NCBI GenBank assembly: GCA_043823745.1
Contig: JBDRAN010000048.1
Span: 896-64,895, forward strand
Origin: Candidatus Omnitrophota bacterium
GTDB lineage: Bacteria; Omnitrophota; Gorgyraeia; Duberdicusellales; 4484-171
Direction of reading: 5' to 3'
DNA length: 64,000 nucleotides
Part shown: positions 35,874 to 47,122 of the stretch, piece by piece
Layout: each line of letters starts with the position of its first letter
Numbering within the stretch: position 1 is the first letter of the stretch
The notes under the pieces: model-generated
What the model saw: the letters and a program-made list of their open reading frames with translations, nothing else
The model's database searches: none
What the model was told of the DNA's origin: nothing
Made by a program: the position numbers and the translations under genes

Positions 35874-37976
35874 ATGGCAGTATCAGTACCGTTACAAAAA
35901 GTTCGCAATATTGGCATTATGGCACACATTGACGCAGGGAAAACCACGCTTTCTGAGCGTATTCTTTATTACACCGGAAAGTCTCATAAACTGGGCGAAG
36001 TTCATGATGGTACGGCGACAATGGATTGGATGAAGCAGGAGCAGGAGCGCGGTATTACCATTACCTCTGCCGCAACGACCTGTTATTGGAAGGATTTTCG
36101 TATTAATATTATCGATACCCCGGGGCACGTTGATTTTACCGTAGAAGTCGAGCGCAGCCTACGTGTTCTTGACGGAGCGATCGCAGTTTTTTGCGCTGTG
36201 GGCGGTGTTGAGCCGCAATCGGAGACGGTCTGGCGGCAATCACAGAAATATAATGTTCCTAAGCTCGCCTTTGTGAATAAGATGGACCGCGTGGGAGCTG
36301 ATTTTTTTACGGTCTTGCGGCAAATTGAAAAAGATCTTGGCGCCAACGCTATTCCGCTGCAGATTCCTATCGGAGCGGAGGAAAATTTTCGCGGGGTGAT
36401 TGATCTTCTTGATATGAAGGCATACGTGTACGTCGATGATACCAAAGGGAAAGACTATGATGTCCATGAAATTCCCGCGGATTATCTTGAGATTGCTAAA
36501 AAGTATCATCATGTTATGGTTGAGAAAGCCGTTGAGCTTGATGATACGCTGATGGAAAAATATCTGGAATCAGAAGATAACATTACCGCAGAAGAGCTTT
36601 CCCGCGCCGTTCGCAAAGGAACCATTGCCAATAAAATTGTCCCGGTGTTGTGCGGAACAGCGTTTAAAAATAAAGGTGTTCAGAAGTTACTCGATGCGGT
36701 GACGCTATATCTCCCTTCACCGCTTGATCTACCTGATATTATCGGGTGCGATCCCCGCGACCGGGAAAAAGTATTAACTCGAAAGCCAAGCGAATCGGAG
36801 CCTTTTTCAGCGCTTGCCTTTAAGGTGCAGTCAGATCCTCATATGGGCAAGCTTGTATATTTTAGGGTGTATTCAGGAAAGCTTGATGCCGGCTCTTATG
36901 TGTATAACTCCACAAAAGACCGGCGGGAACGTGTAGGAAGACTTCTTCAAATGCACGCTAATCAGCGAGAGAATATTAGCAGTATTTCCGCCGGTGATAT
37001 CGGCGCGGTTATCGGAGTTGATAGTACGGTAACCGGTGATACGTTATGCATGGAGGATAACCCGATTTTGCTTGAAGCGATAGAGTTTCCGGCGCCGGTT
37101 ATGTCAATCAGCGTCAAAGCGTCAAGCCGGGCCGATCAGGATAAACTTGGCAAAGGTTTGTCGCGGCTCGCCGAAGAGGATCCGACCTTTTGTGTTCAGT
37201 TCGATGAGGAAACGAACGAAACGATCCTTTCGGGAATGGGAGAATTGCACTTAGAGATTATTGTTGACCGGCTTAAGCATGAATTTAGCGTTGACGCAAC
37301 GGTAGGAAGACCCAAGGTTGCATATAAGGAAACCATTCTTACGTCTGTCGAATCCGAATATAAGCATATTAAGCAATCAGGCGGCCGCGGTCAATACGGG
37401 CATGTTGTGTTTGAGATTGAGCCCAATGAAGCCGGAAAAGGATTTGAATTTGAGAATAAGGTTGTCGGAGGGTCTATCCCTAAAGAATATATCCCTGCGG
37501 TTGAGAAGGGTGTTATCGAGGTGATGCATCGAGGCGTTTACGCCGGCTATCCGGTAGTCGACGTTATAGTAAATCTTACCGATGGTTCGTATCATGATGT
37601 TGATTCATCTGAAATCGCGTTTAAAATTGCGGCGATTGAGTGCTTTAAGGCAGGTTTCATGAAGGCCAGTCCCGTGTTGCTTGAACCGTCAATGTCGCTT
37701 GAAGTAACGACTCCGGAGGAACATGTAGGAATCGTTGTCGGCAATATTTGCTCTCGCCGCGGCAAAGTTCTTGGCATGGAATTAAAAGCCGGACAGCAGG
37801 TTATTAGCGCCGAAGCGCCGCTTTCGGAGATGTTTGGGTACGCTACAACGCTTCGTTCCCTTTCTTCAGGCCGCGCTATATATGTGATGCACTTTGAGAA
37901 ATACGTAGAAGTGCCGTTTTCGGTTACCGAGGCTATCCTGGAAGAAAAAGCCAAAGAAAAACAGCAGCAAAAATAA
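35874..37976 (+). CDS. fusA: translation elongation factor G (stand-alone copy, not in an rpsL-rpsG-fusA-tuf context)
   Basis: RBS aaggagg. G1 [10 protein letters not shown]3 [12 protein letters not shown], and domains II-V. 700 aa. The ORF-track start at 35796 lies inside the leader repeats and is rejected. Confidence 0.7.
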   Translation: MAVSVPLQKVRNIGIMAHIDAGKTTLSERILYYTGKSHKLGEVHDGTATMDWMKQEQERGITITSAATTCYWKDFRINIIDTPGHVDFTVEVERSLRVLDGAIAVFCAVGGVEPQSETVWRQSQKYNVPKLAFVNKMDRVGADFFTVLRQIEKDLGANAIPLQIPIGAEENFRGVIDLLDMKAYVYVDDTKGKDYDVHEIPADYLEIAKKYHHVMVEKAVELDDTLMEKYLESEDNITAEELSRAVRKGTIANKIVPVLCGTAFKNKGVQKLLDAVTLYLPSPLDLPDIIGCDPRDREKVLTRKPSESEPFSALAFKVQSDPHMGKLVYFRVYSGKLDAGSYVYNSTKDRRERVGRLLQMHANQRENISSISAGDIGAVIGVDSTVTGDTLCMEDNPILLEAIEFPAPVMSISVKASSRADQDKLGKGLSRLAEEDPTFCVQFDEETNETILSGMGELHLEIIVDRLKHEFSVDATVGRPKVAYKETILTSVESEYKHIKQSGGRGQYGHVVFEIEPNEAGKGFEFENKVVGGSIPKEYIPAVEKGVIEVMHRGVYAGYPVVDVIVNLTDGSYHDVDSSEIAFKIAAIECFKAGFMKASPVLLEPSMSLEVTTPEEHVGIVVGNICSRRGKVLGMELKAGQQVISAEAPLSEMFGYATTLRSLSSGRAIYVMHFEKYVEVPFSVTEAILEEKAKEKQQQK

Positions 37977-38512
37977 GAGTTCTTTCCCCTTTCCTGCACA
38001 GCATGGAAAGAACTTGATTCCAGTGATTACGGAAAGATTACACTGATTTTACAAATATATTGTCACCAATTAAGGCTTTTTCCTAGCGTAAACGGTAGGA
38101 AAAGGCCTTTTTTGCGTTCCTTGACTTTACCCTAAAAAAGTGCTATTCTTTAACCCAGATTTTGTATTAAACACTGGTGAAGAACGCTAAAGTTTTGGAG
38201 ATAAAAGAGTTGCAAAAAACGTAGACGTACTCAAAGAGAGTACATCGAGGCTTTTTGCAACTGCTTTTAGCCTAAAAGATTAGCGTTATCCGCCGTGGGC
38301 TACCCAGCAGGGTGTCCTGCCCCATTTCCTAAATAGCAAACATCAAGGTGTGGGACGCCCCGAATCTTAATATCGTTATTTAGGGTAACGGGGCTGATGG
38401 ACTAATGCAAATTCTGGGTTTAAAGGTCGCGCGGCACCTACCCAAAAGGTTTTTGCCCCGCGCGCGCACAAAATCCTCATTTGCAGGTTTAATTTCAAAA
38501 ACAGGCATTACC

Positions 38513-40060
38513 ATGGACAAAAAAAACGACATACGAGCCGCGGTTATCGATATCGGCTCAAGTTCTATTAAGCTCATTATCGGTGAGCGCGCCGGCGAAA
38601 ATGTTAAAACGATCGAATCTCTGCGTATTCCCATCCCCATAGGTAAACATACGTTCTTTAAAGAGCGTGTTTCCCAGGAAACCATCAATCAAACCGTTAC
38701 GATCCTGGAAAAATACAAGCAAGTCCTCAAGGAGTATGAGGTAAGCCAGGTTATGGTTATTGCTACGACCGCAGTGCGCGAGGCACGTAATAAAAATATT
38801 TTTATCGATGCGCTGTTACGTAAAACGGGTTTTTCCGTCGAAGTGCTGACCCCGGGTGACATTGTCTATTATATTGACTGTTATTTATATCATCGCCTCA
38901 AAGACACCTATCCTATACATAGTAAAAATCTGCTTATCGCGGAGCTCGGCGCAGGCAGTCTTGATGTTTCGGTCATGGAGAAGGGGTTCACGCTTCTTAA
39001 CATGGGCTTGCCGTTGGGCACAATTCGCCTGAAGCAGTTGATGAGTAAGCTGGGAGGAAGCTCCGAAGAAAATTACGAAGCGGTGCGTGAGTATATCGAG
39101 AATGAATTCGGGTATCTGAAACGCTCGATTCCGCAGATCACTATCGATGATATTATCCTCATTGACGAGAATTATTATCAGTATCTACAGAGCATTTTGC
39201 CTGAGAAGAAAAAGGAGTCGCAGTTTTTCCAGGTCGGTATCGAGGATACCGAGGCGGCGATCGCTAAAATCGTCGACTCAAGCAGTGAGTCGCTCGCGCG
39301 GACCTATAAGATCCCCCTTGAGCACGCGGATAGCATTGTTGGCTACACCACGATCCTTAATCTTTTTTTTACGTTGATCACGAACCGCAAGGTTTATATT
39401 CTTGAAACGTCGCTTGCCGAAGCGATCCTTGCCGATGTGCTTCTTGATCTTGAGTTTTCGCCTAAATACAATAAAGCTAACCAGCTTATTTCGGTAGCCA
39501 CATTTTTATGCAATAAATACAATGTTGACATCAACCATGTCAAAAAGGTCGCTGAGCTTTCTGATACGCTTTTTGACGGCCTCAAAGAACAGTTGGGATT
39601 AAAAAAGAAAGAATTGCTCTATCTAGTTCTCTCGGCCTATTTGCATGATATCGGAATGTTTATCCATAACCGCTCTCACCATAAACACGCTGAGTATATC
39701 ATTAATTCCCTGAATCTTTTCCGTCTTACCGAGGAGGAGATCAAGATGATCGCCTGTATCGCCCGCTATCACCGCAAAGTTCCGCCTCAGGAAAGCCACC
39801 CGCTCTATAATTCATTGTCGCGTGAGCAACAAGTTCTGGTTCAAAAGCTCTCCGCCATTCTGCGTATTGCTAACGCGCTCGATCGTTCCCATAAGCAGAA
39901 GATAAAGACTATGGAAGTGCAATTGACCAAACATCAGGATGTCACGCTCATTGCGAGCGTTGAAGGAAATTTTATTTTGGAGAAGGGTGAGTTCCTTGAG
40001 AAAAAAGAGCTTTTTGAAGAATTAACCGGCAGCAAAATCAGTCTCTCCATCAAGCGTTAA
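38513..40060 (+). CDS. ppx: exopolyphosphatase / guanosine pentaphosphate phosphohydrolase (Ppx/GppA) with C-terminal HD domain
   Basis: AVIDIGSSSIKLII ASKHA-fold N-terminus and a C-terminal HDIGMFIHNRSHHKH HD motif. Confidence 0.6.
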   Translation: MDKKNDIRAAVIDIGSSSIKLIIGERAGENVKTIESLRIPIPIGKHTFFKERVSQETINQTVTILEKYKQVLKEYEVSQVMVIATTAVREARNKNIFIDALLRKTGFSVEVLTPGDIVYYIDCYLYHRLKDTYPIHSKNLLIAELGAGSLDVSVMEKGFTLLNMGLPLGTIRLKQLMSKLGGSSEENYEAVREYIENEFGYLKRSIPQITIDDIILIDENYYQYLQSILPEKKKESQFFQVGIEDTEAAIAKIVDSSSESLARTYKIPLEHADSIVGYTTILNLFFTLITNRKVYILETSLAEAILADVLLDLEFSPKYNKANQLISVATFLCNKYNVDINHVKKVAELSDTLFDGLKEQLGLKKKELLYLVLSAYLHDIGMFIHNRSHHKHAEYIINSLNLFRLTEEEIKMIACIARYHRKVPPQESHPLYNSLSREQQVLVQKLSAILRIANALDRSHKQKIKTMEVQLTKHQDVTLIASVEGNFILEKGEFLEKKELFEELTGSKISLSIKR

Positions 40061-40074
40061 CGTGTAAGATTGGT

Positions 40075-42108
40075 ATGGAAGAAAAATCATTGAGCATTAA
40101 AGAAAAGTTTATTCATCGCGATATAAGCTGGCTTGCTTTCAATGAGCGTGTGCTCGAGGAGGCGGCTGACGGTAATAATCCGCTCCTGGAGCGCCTTAAG
40201 TTTTTAGCCATTTTTGTCAACAATCTTGATGAATTTTTCATGGTCAGAGTCGCCGGGCTTCGCCGGTTGCTTGATTCCGGTTATACCAAAGAGGATTCTT
40301 TCGGAGCGTACCCGCAGGAGCTCTACGTACAGATCCGTGAATCTGCCGGAGCGCTGACGAGCCGCCTCTATGAAACCTATCAGGGAAAGATCGCCAAAGA
40401 ACTCGCGAAAGCAAAAATTATAATAAAAAAGTTCGATGATTTAAGCGCAGTTCAGGCTAAATATATAAAACGCTATTTTGAAACAGTGCTTTTCCCGATT
40501 ATGACGCCCATGGCCGTTGACCAGGGCCACCCATTTCCGGTGCTTCCTTCAAAGACAATTGCCTTTGCGGTGAATCTGGCCCGCTACGAAGAGTTGCATC
40601 TGGTGATTATCCCGGTACCTAAGGTCATATCCCGCCTGGTGAAGCTTCCCTCAGAAAAAGATGAATTTCATTGTATCCTTACGGATGAGATTATCCGGGC
40701 CAACCTGACTAACTTTTTCCGTGGTTATAAAATTATCGGTAATTCCGCGTTCCGCGTTATTCGTGACAGCGAATTATCGATTAATGAAGAATACGCGCCG
40801 AATCTCTTAAAAGCGATCGAGGATGAAGTAAAAAAACGTCCCAAAGCAAAAGCAGTTTACCTGGAGGCCGAGAAGGCATTTGACCGGGGGCTCCTTGATT
40901 CGTTATGCCAGGCGATCGAATTTCCTCGCGACGAGGTGGTGAATATTGAGGGCGATCTTGACCTAACCTATCTTTTTGATTTAATCAGCCAGGTGAATAA
41001 ACCCGAGCTCATGTATCCGGCATATATCCCGGCAAAAATAGAGTATGAAAACATTTTCGATAAGATTAAGGAAGGCGATTTTATCGTGCATCTTCCGTAC
41101 CAGTCTTTTCAGCCGACCGCTGATTTTATTAGAGAGGCTGCGTGTGATCAGGGAGTGTTGGCTATCAAGATGACGCTGTACCGGACCGATGAAGACTCGA
41201 TTATTATTCAGGCCCTAAAAGACGCAGCCAAGAGCAAAAAACAGGTAACGGTGCTTGTTGAAATAAAGGCGCGCTTTGATGAGGAGAAAAATATCACCTG
41301 GGTGCGCGAACTCGAAGACGCCGGGTGTCATGTTGTGTATGGTATAGCCGGGATGAAAATACATTCAAAGATCTCACTCGTTGTGCGCAAAGAGGATGAG
41401 CGTATTCAGCGGTATGTACATTTATCAACCGGCAATTACAACGAGAAAACCGCGCGCGTATATACCGATATCGGTTATTTCACCGCCAACGATGATTTCG
41501 CCAAAGATATTTCCGATGTTTTTAATGTTATAACCGGCTATTCCATACCCAGTCGCTGGAAGCGCATTGTTTCTTCTCCCAATGATTTACGCCATTACTT
41601 TTTTGAGTTGATCGATAAGGAAATCGAGTGCCAGAAGAAATATAAAAACGGCTTTATTTTCGCGAAGATGAATTCGCTTGAAGATACCCAGACAATCGAG
41701 AAACTGTATCAGGCATCGCGCGCGGGGGTTAAGATAAAACTGATTGTGCGCGGCATTTGCGTATTGGTGCCCGGGGTAGAGAAAATGAGCGAAAATATCG
41801 AAGTAAAAAGTATCGTCGGGAGGTTTCTGGAACATTCCCGTATCTATCTTTTTAACAATAATGCCGATTACCGCGTTTTTCTTTCTTCCGCCGATTGGAT
41901 GACCAGAAATCTTGATCGCAGGATCGAACTTCTCTTTGAAATCTACAAAGAAGACATCAAGGAGCATCTCAGGCGTCTTCTTGAAAAATGCTGGAGCGAT
42001 ACCGCGAAGACCCGCGTCTTGCAGGCAAACCACACGTATCGGCGCGCTGCCGTCGGCGAAGATAGCTTCAATGTTCAGGAGTATTTGATCAAACATTATT
42101 CGGTATGA
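40075..42108 (+). CDS. ppk: polyphosphate kinase 1
   Basis: N-terminal FIHRDISWLAFNERVLEEA, two PLD-like HxK-type C-domains. 677 aa. Confidence 0.7.
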   Translation: MEEKSLSIKEKFIHRDISWLAFNERVLEEAADGNNPLLERLKFLAIFVNNLDEFFMVRVAGLRRLLDSGYTKEDSFGAYPQELYVQIRESAGALTSRLYETYQGKIAKELAKAKIIIKKFDDLSAVQAKYIKRYFETVLFPIMTPMAVDQGHPFPVLPSKTIAFAVNLARYEELHLVIIPVPKVISRLVKLPSEKDEFHCILTDEIIRANLTNFFRGYKIIGNSAFRVIRDSELSINEEYAPNLLKAIEDEVKKRPKAKAVYLEAEKAFDRGLLDSLCQAIEFPRDEVVNIEGDLDLTYLFDLISQVNKPELMYPAYIPAKIEYENIFDKIKEGDFIVHLPYQSFQPTADFIREAACDQGVLAIKMTLYRTDEDSIIIQALKDAAKSKKQVTVLVEIKARFDEEKNITWVRELEDAGCHVVYGIAGMKIHSKISLVVRKEDERIQRYVHLSTGNYNEKTARVYTDIGYFTANDDFAKDISDVFNVITGYSIPSRWKRIVSSPNDLRHYFFELIDKEIECQKKYKNGFIFAKMNSLEDTQTIEKLYQASRAGVKIKLIVRGICVLVPGVEKMSENIEVKSIVGRFLEHSRIYLFNNNADYRVFLSSADWMTRNLDRRIELLFEIYKEDIKEHLRRLLEKCWSDTAKTRVLQANHTYRRAAVGEDSFNVQEYLIKHYSV

Positions 42109-43010
42109 AGCCCGCGGTTTTCGGCTATAACCCTTACGTAATTATCGAAAAATATAGTAACGATATGTGCGCAGAGTTTGTCGGGGTGCGCGCGAACCGT
42201 TCTATTGAATGCCTTCATCGTATGCGCGTTGCCTCGCGGCGCCTGCGCACGAGCCTCTGGGTTTATAAAACATTATTTCCTGCCGGAAAACTTTCCCGTT
42301 GGAAAGTTTCCTTAAACGGCCTCGCGCGTGTTCTGGGCAAAGCGCGGGATTGCGATATCCACACGAAACATTTAAAAACAGTTTTAGCTCATACCCGTGA
42401 CACGAGCCTCGCAAACGGCATCAGGCGGCTATGGGTAGCGTTGTGTGATGAACGCAGTCGGCTGCAACCTCGTGTTTCCGCAGCGCTCGATATGTTTTGC
42501 GAAAGCGGCGTGCGGGAGGAGCTACAGGATTTTTTGCGTCGGCGCACGCTACGCGTTCCTGACCGGGAGGAGTTATCCCGGTTGGCCGCCCGTCGGATCA
42601 GGAAACGCCTTGAACAATTTCTGTCTTTCGCTCCTTACGTACACAAGCCTCGCCAGGTGCGCCGGCTTCATCAGATGCGCATTGCCGCCAAACACGTCCG
42701 CTACAGCCTCCAGATTTGCGCGCCTCTCTACAAAAAGAAAAAGATAAACTCCTTTATTGAAGCCGCCTATGATATTCAGCATATCCTGGGAGATGTGCAT
42801 GATCGTGATGTGTGGATTACCACGCTCCCTCGTTATGGCCAGGCTGCAACGGACCCTTTATATCGCCAGGCCCTTGGCTCATTGCGCGCGCGGTGTGTTC
42901 GCATGCGGGAGAGCTCATATGTTCAATTTGTGCGTATGTGGAGGAAACAGGAAAAAGAGAATATATGGGAGAAGCTTGAATCTTGCCTGAGGCGGGCCTG
43001 CCGACTATGA
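42105..43010 (+). CDS. CHAD domain protein (conserved histidine alpha-helical domain, polyphosphate-associated)
   Basis: HRMRVASRRLRTSLWVY and later HQMRIAAKHVRYSLQI CHAD repeats. Translationally coupled on both sides. Confidence 0.5.
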   Translation: MKPAVFGYNPYVIIEKYSNDMCAEFVGVRANRSIECLHRMRVASRRLRTSLWVYKTLFPAGKLSRWKVSLNGLARVLGKARDCDIHTKHLKTVLAHTRDTSLANGIRRLWVALCDERSRLQPRVSAALDMFCESGVREELQDFLRRRTLRVPDREELSRLAARRIRKRLEQFLSFAPYVHKPRQVRRLHQMRIAAKHVRYSLQICAPLYKKKKINSFIEAAYDIQHILGDVHDRDVWITTLPRYGQAATDPLYRQALGSLRARCVRMRESSYVQFVRMWRKQEKENIWEKLESCLRRACRL

Positions 43011-44308
43011 AAATTGCCCTTATCTCCGATATCCACGCTAATCTCCCTGCGTTGTCTGCGGTACTCGCCGACATTAAGCGTCGTAAGATAGGCGTCATCT
43101 GGAATTTAGGGGACAGCGTGGGGTATGGGCCATTTCCGCGGGAAACTCTCGCCTTGCTTATGCGTTTGGGCTTACGAAGTATTCGCGGCAACTATGATGA
43201 TAAAGTGTTGTTGTTTCCCCGTAAGGCGCGAATCTGGAAGAAAACCAAAAGCCCGCTTAAATTCTTTTGTTTTCGCTGGGCGTACGAACATATTTCGGCG
43301 CGACAACGCGCGTTTCTGGCGCGGTTACCCCATTCGTTTACTCAAAGTTTATCGGGAAAAAAGATTTGCGCGGTTCATGGGAGCCCGGAAAGCTCAGAGG
43401 AAGCCCTGGGGCCCGGAACTCCGGCAAAACGCCTCATGACCCTGGCGGGTGCAACGGGCGCCGATATTATTTGTTGCGGTCACTCACATGCCTATTTCGC
43501 GCGCCCGATACGCAGAAAATGGTTTATTAATCCGGGAAGTGTAGGCAGGCCATTTGACGGCGATCCCCGTGCTTCCTATGCTATTGTAGCGCTACGCGGC
43601 GGCGCTATTTCTGTGCGTAACATTCGCATCCCGTATGATATTGATAAATTAAGCATACGGGCCGCGCGTGAACATTTTGATGGGGTGCTTCTTGCCGCTT
43701 TTGCCGCGGCGCGCAGTCTGGATGATTGCAGAGTCGATATAGCGCTGTCAGGCGGCGCGATCGTCGCATTCGCGAAAAAGTACCACCATGAGGCTTCTCA
43801 CGCCGAGCAGGTAACACGATGCGCCCTGCAGCTTTTTGACGCGCTCATGCCACAGCACGGTTTAGGCTTGCGTGAGCGCGCATATCTAAATGCCGCCGCG
43901 ATTTTACATGATATAGGTTTCTCATCGCCCGGTGCGCATCATAAAAAAACATTTGTCCTTATTCGCCGCCAGGGTAAGTCCTTAGGTCTACCTGCCAGGG
44001 AGCGTAATCTGATCGGCTTGATCGCGCGATACCACCGGAAGGCCCTGCCGCATCCCTCTCATCCGGGATATGCTCATTTATGCGGCAAGGATAGAACCGT
44101 TGTGAGCATGCTTGCGGCAATCCTGCGCGTTGCTGACGGTCTTGATAATAGTCACGCTCAATCGTCGCGTATTAAATGCTGCCTAACTTCAGGCTCGCAG
44201 GTTACGATTGTTTTAAAAAACGGCGCGCGCTTCTGCGACAAGGAGGCAGCAGCTAAAAAGAGTGATCTCTTCCGTAGAGTTTTTCGAAAAAAACTTATTA
44301 TCCGGTAG
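43007..44308 (+). CDS. fusion protein: N-terminal calcineurin-like metallophosphoesterase plus C-terminal Ppx/GppA-type HD domain
   Basis: MKIALISDIHAN...GDSVGYGP...GHSH phosphoesterase motifs. The C-terminal half (AILHDIGF...HHKKT...IARYHRK) resembles the HD domain of Ppx/GppA. Confidence 0.5.
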   Translation: MKIALISDIHANLPALSAVLADIKRRKIGVIWNLGDSVGYGPFPRETLALLMRLGLRSIRGNYDDKVLLFPRKARIWKKTKSPLKFFCFRWAYEHISARQRAFLARLPHSFTQSLSGKKICAVHGSPESSEEALGPGTPAKRLMTLAGATGADIICCGHSHAYFARPIRRKWFINPGSVGRPFDGDPRASYAIVALRGGAISVRNIRIPYDIDKLSIRAAREHFDGVLLAAFAAARSLDDCRVDIALSGGAIVAFAKKYHHEASHAEQVTRCALQLFDALMPQHGLGLRERAYLNAAAILHDIGFSSPGAHHKKTFVLIRRQGKSLGLPARERNLIGLIARYHRKALPHPSHPGYAHLCGKDRTVVSMLAAILRVADGLDNSHAQSSRIKCCLTSGSQVTIVLKNGARFCDKEAAAKKSDLFRRVFRKKLIIR

Positions 44309-44317
44309 CGTACCTAT

Positions 44318-45307
44318 ATGACAATACAGGAAATTATCGGTATTATTGTTTTCTTGGTGGTTGTGGGCCTGGTAGCGTTGAAAGAGGTTCATCTTCTTAT
44401 CTCCTGCAGCATCAGCGCGCTACGGCGAAAGCCCTGCGGACCACTTTTATGTGCGCCCGGAGCGCTTATTACCCATATTATGGCGGGCGCAGGTATCCTT
44501 TGCTTTTTATATGGCCTGTTGATTGAGCCATACTGGATCGAAGTAAACAGGGTGGATATCTTTACTGATAAGTTAAAAAAAGCCCATATCGTCCTGGTGC
44601 AGATCTCCGATCTTCATTGCGAGCGCACGCCGCACCTGGAGCGGCGGGTTGTCAAAATTGTTAATTCTTTTAATCCTGACGTTGTAGTCTTTACCGGTGA
44701 CGCGGTTAATGATGAGGCTGCGATCCCACTTTTTAAGGATACGTTAGCATCGCTTACGGCCAAACGTGGCAAATACGCTATTCGCGGCAATTTTGACGTA
44801 TTTATTTGGTGGAATAAAGATTTATTTACGAAGACCGGTTTCAAGGCTCTTACCGCCGATAATAGCAAAATCACAAAGGACACAGACACCTTCTATATTG
44901 CCGGCGTAAGCCGCCTGTATCCGAAAAAATGGCCGCAAGCGCTTGCCGGCATCCCCTCAAATGCCTACACTATTTTTATGTATCATACGCCTGAACTTAT
45001 CGAGGAGGTGGCGCGGTCTCATGTTGATCTGTATCTTGCGGGGCATACCCATGGAGGACAAGTGGCATTGCCATGGTATGGAGCCCTGATTACGTTAAGT
45101 ACGTTTGGCAAGAAATATGAGTCAGGCCTGTATACCGTAGGAAAGCTTATTGCCTACATTAACAGGGGGATCGGAATGGAAGGTGGAGCAGCGCCACGGG
45201 TGCGCTTTTTTGCAAGGCCCGAAATAACTGTTTTCAACATTCATCCGCGCATTAAACCTAAAACAGAAATCTTCAAACCCGCCAACGAAAAATCCTCAGA
45301 AACTTAG
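44318..45307 (+). CDS. membrane-anchored calcineurin-like metallophosphoesterase
   Basis: N-terminal TM helices, then VQISDLHCE, GDAVND and GHTHGGQ motifs. Confidence 0.5.
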   Translation: MTIQEIIGIIVFLVVVGLVALKEVHLLISCSISALRRKPCGPLLCAPGALITHIMAGAGILCFLYGLLIEPYWIEVNRVDIFTDKLKKAHIVLVQISDLHCERTPHLERRVVKIVNSFNPDVVVFTGDAVNDEAAIPLFKDTLASLTAKRGKYAIRGNFDVFIWWNKDLFTKTGFKALTADNSKITKDTDTFYIAGVSRLYPKKWPQALAGIPSNAYTIFMYHTPELIEEVARSHVDLYLAGHTHGGQVALPWYGALITLSTFGKKYESGLYTVGKLIAYINRGIGMEGGAAPRVRFFARPEITVFNIHPRIKPKTEIFKPANEKSSET

Positions 45308-46042
45308 TAAACTTTTCTCCCAGCGTTCGGCCCCGAGCGGATTTTTTCCTTTCAGAATCTCGGCGAATGACTCTAATGTTTTACGGGCGTCACCGAGGGG
45401 ATAGTAGAACGCCTCCCAGTTGTCGCTATCCTCACCATCGTGATTCACCAGGATATAGTCATAGGCAAACGCAAGGGCAATCTCTCGGTAGGCGCTGGCC
45501 GCGCGTGTTTCGATAGTGCGTACATCAGGTAGAGAAAGTGCTCCTTTTTGATGTTGGGTTCGGCGCAGTAGCTTTCGCCGCATAATGTCGGTGATGAGTT
45601 CTTTTAAAAAAAACTTTCCCCGCCTGTTTTTCAAAAAGATAATTTCTTCTCGCGAAAGAGGAGCGATGAAGACACTGGTGACGGGGATTGTGTTTAATAA
45701 TCCCGATTTTTTTATAATTTCGTAAACAAACGGGTTACCTTCAAAGAGGACATTGTGTGTTTTAAGTATCGCGCGCAGCGCGCCCAGGTCAAGCGCTTGC
45801 GTGTCGCCGCGGACTTTGATGACGATGAAGTTTTTTTTGCGCTTGAGCCCTTGTAGCTGGCGCAGTGAGCGAAAATAATAGTCGACACCATCGATTTCTT
45901 TGGGCCTTGGCGCGCGGCTGTTGTAGATGACAAGTTTTTTGAAACAGGCGAGCAAATCGGGATAGAATTTTCCAAGTGCAGCGACCAAGGGGGTTTTCCC
46001 TACGCATGAGGGGCCGCTGGTAATAATGAGGCGATTGCTCAT
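45296..46042 (-). CDS. guanylate kinase-like P-loop NMP kinase with C-terminal extension
   Basis: IITSGPSCVGKT P-loop and SRAPRPKEIDGVDYYF (compare Gmk TTRxPRxGExDGxDYxF). Start overlaps the upstream ROK gene stop. Confidence 0.45.
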   Translation of the reverse strand: MSNRLIITSGPSCVGKTPLVAALGKFYPDLLACFKKLVIYNSRAPRPKEIDGVDYYFRSLRQLQGLKRKKNFIVIKVRGDTQALDLGALRAILKTHNVLFEGNPFVYEIIKKSGLLNTIPVTSVFIAPLSREEIIFLKNRRGKFFLKELITDIMRRKLLRRTQHQKGALSLPDVRTIETRAASAYREIALAFAYDYILVNHDGEDSDNWEAFYYPLGDARKTLESFAEILKGKNPLGAERWEKSLLSF

Positions 46043-47010
46043 TTGATCTTTTCTTTAATGAGCGCAACGGCCCCGATGATAACGGCGTCGTCTCCCAGGG
46101 CGGCATTTTTTATGACACAGTCAGAAATTCCCGCTTTCTTGAAAAAAGGATCAGCGTTAACCGTTTTTCTGATGCGCGGAAGAAGAAAATCGCCGCACGC
46201 TTCGATAATGCCGCCGCCAAAGACGATCAGCTGAGGATTTAAGATGTGGCGCAGGCTTATGCAGGCGCGCCCCAGGGTGTGTGCGACCCTTTTCATGATC
46301 GCCGTCGTTACGGGATCATTCTTTTTGAGCGCTTTTTTAAGGATCTTGCTTTTGATAACTGAAAGGTTATTATCGGTGAGTTTCGTGAGGATTGTTTTTT
46401 TCCCTTTTTTAACGGCTTTGCGTATATCCCGCTCGATTGCCCATCTGCCGACGAGTGCTTCCAGGCAGCCATAATTTCCGCAGGTGCATTGAGGCCCATC
46501 AAGTTCCATGGTCATATGGCCTAGTTCTGCGGCTCCCGCTCTGAAGTCGTAAATTTTTCCGTTCAAAATAATGCCGCCGCCGACCCCGGTTCCGGGGAAG
46601 ATTCCGATTATGGTGCTGTATCTTCTTCCCGCGCCGCGCCAGTACTCGCCAAGCGTGCCGAGGTTGACGTCATTGCCCAACACCAGAGGTACTTTGAACA
46701 TTTTTTTTAATTTTTCGGCAAGGCCGATCCCGGTGAGTTTTATATTTGGGGTAATCAGAATTTTTGAGGTGTCGCTGTCGACGATGCCGGGGATACCGAC
46801 TCCGATACCGCTGATGCATTTTAAGGAGCAGCCGTGTTCCGCGAGAAGCTCAGAGGCAAGTTGCGTGATAGAGGAAATAATAGATTTGGCATTCTTGGCG
46901 CGGGGGGTTGGGTGTTTTTTGCGTGCGATAATCTTGCCGTTTTCGTTGACCAGGGCCCCCAATATTTTTGTTCCGCCCACATCGATACCGATAAATAATC
47001 TGGGTTTCAT
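46039..47010 (-). CDS. ROK family glucokinase (possibly polyphosphate/ATP glucokinase)
   Basis: IGIDVGGTKI N-terminus and the CTCGNYGCLEALVG ROK zinc motif. 323 aa. Confidence 0.55.
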   Translation of the reverse strand: MKPRLFIGIDVGGTKILGALVNENGKIIARKKHPTPRAKNAKSIISSITQLASELLAEHGCSLKCISGIGVGIPGIVDSDTSKILITPNIKLTGIGLAEKLKKMFKVPLVLGNDVNLGTLGEYWRGAGRRYSTIIGIFPGTGVGGGIILNGKIYDFRAGAAELGHMTMELDGPQCTCGNYGCLEALVGRWAIERDIRKAVKKGKKTILTKLTDNNLSVIKSKILKKALKKNDPVTTAIMKRVAHTLGRACISLRHILNPQLIVFGGGIIEACGDFLLPRIRKTVNADPFFKKAGISDCVIKNAALGDDAVIIGAVALIKEKIK

Positions 47011-47122
47011 GGTAGCATTATATCATAACTAGCGTTTAGCGAGTGGTGTTTAGAGAAAAAAGTACTCTGAGTATATCGAGTACAGAATGTTGAGGTAGAG
47101 CTTTAAAGCGCAATACTCAATA

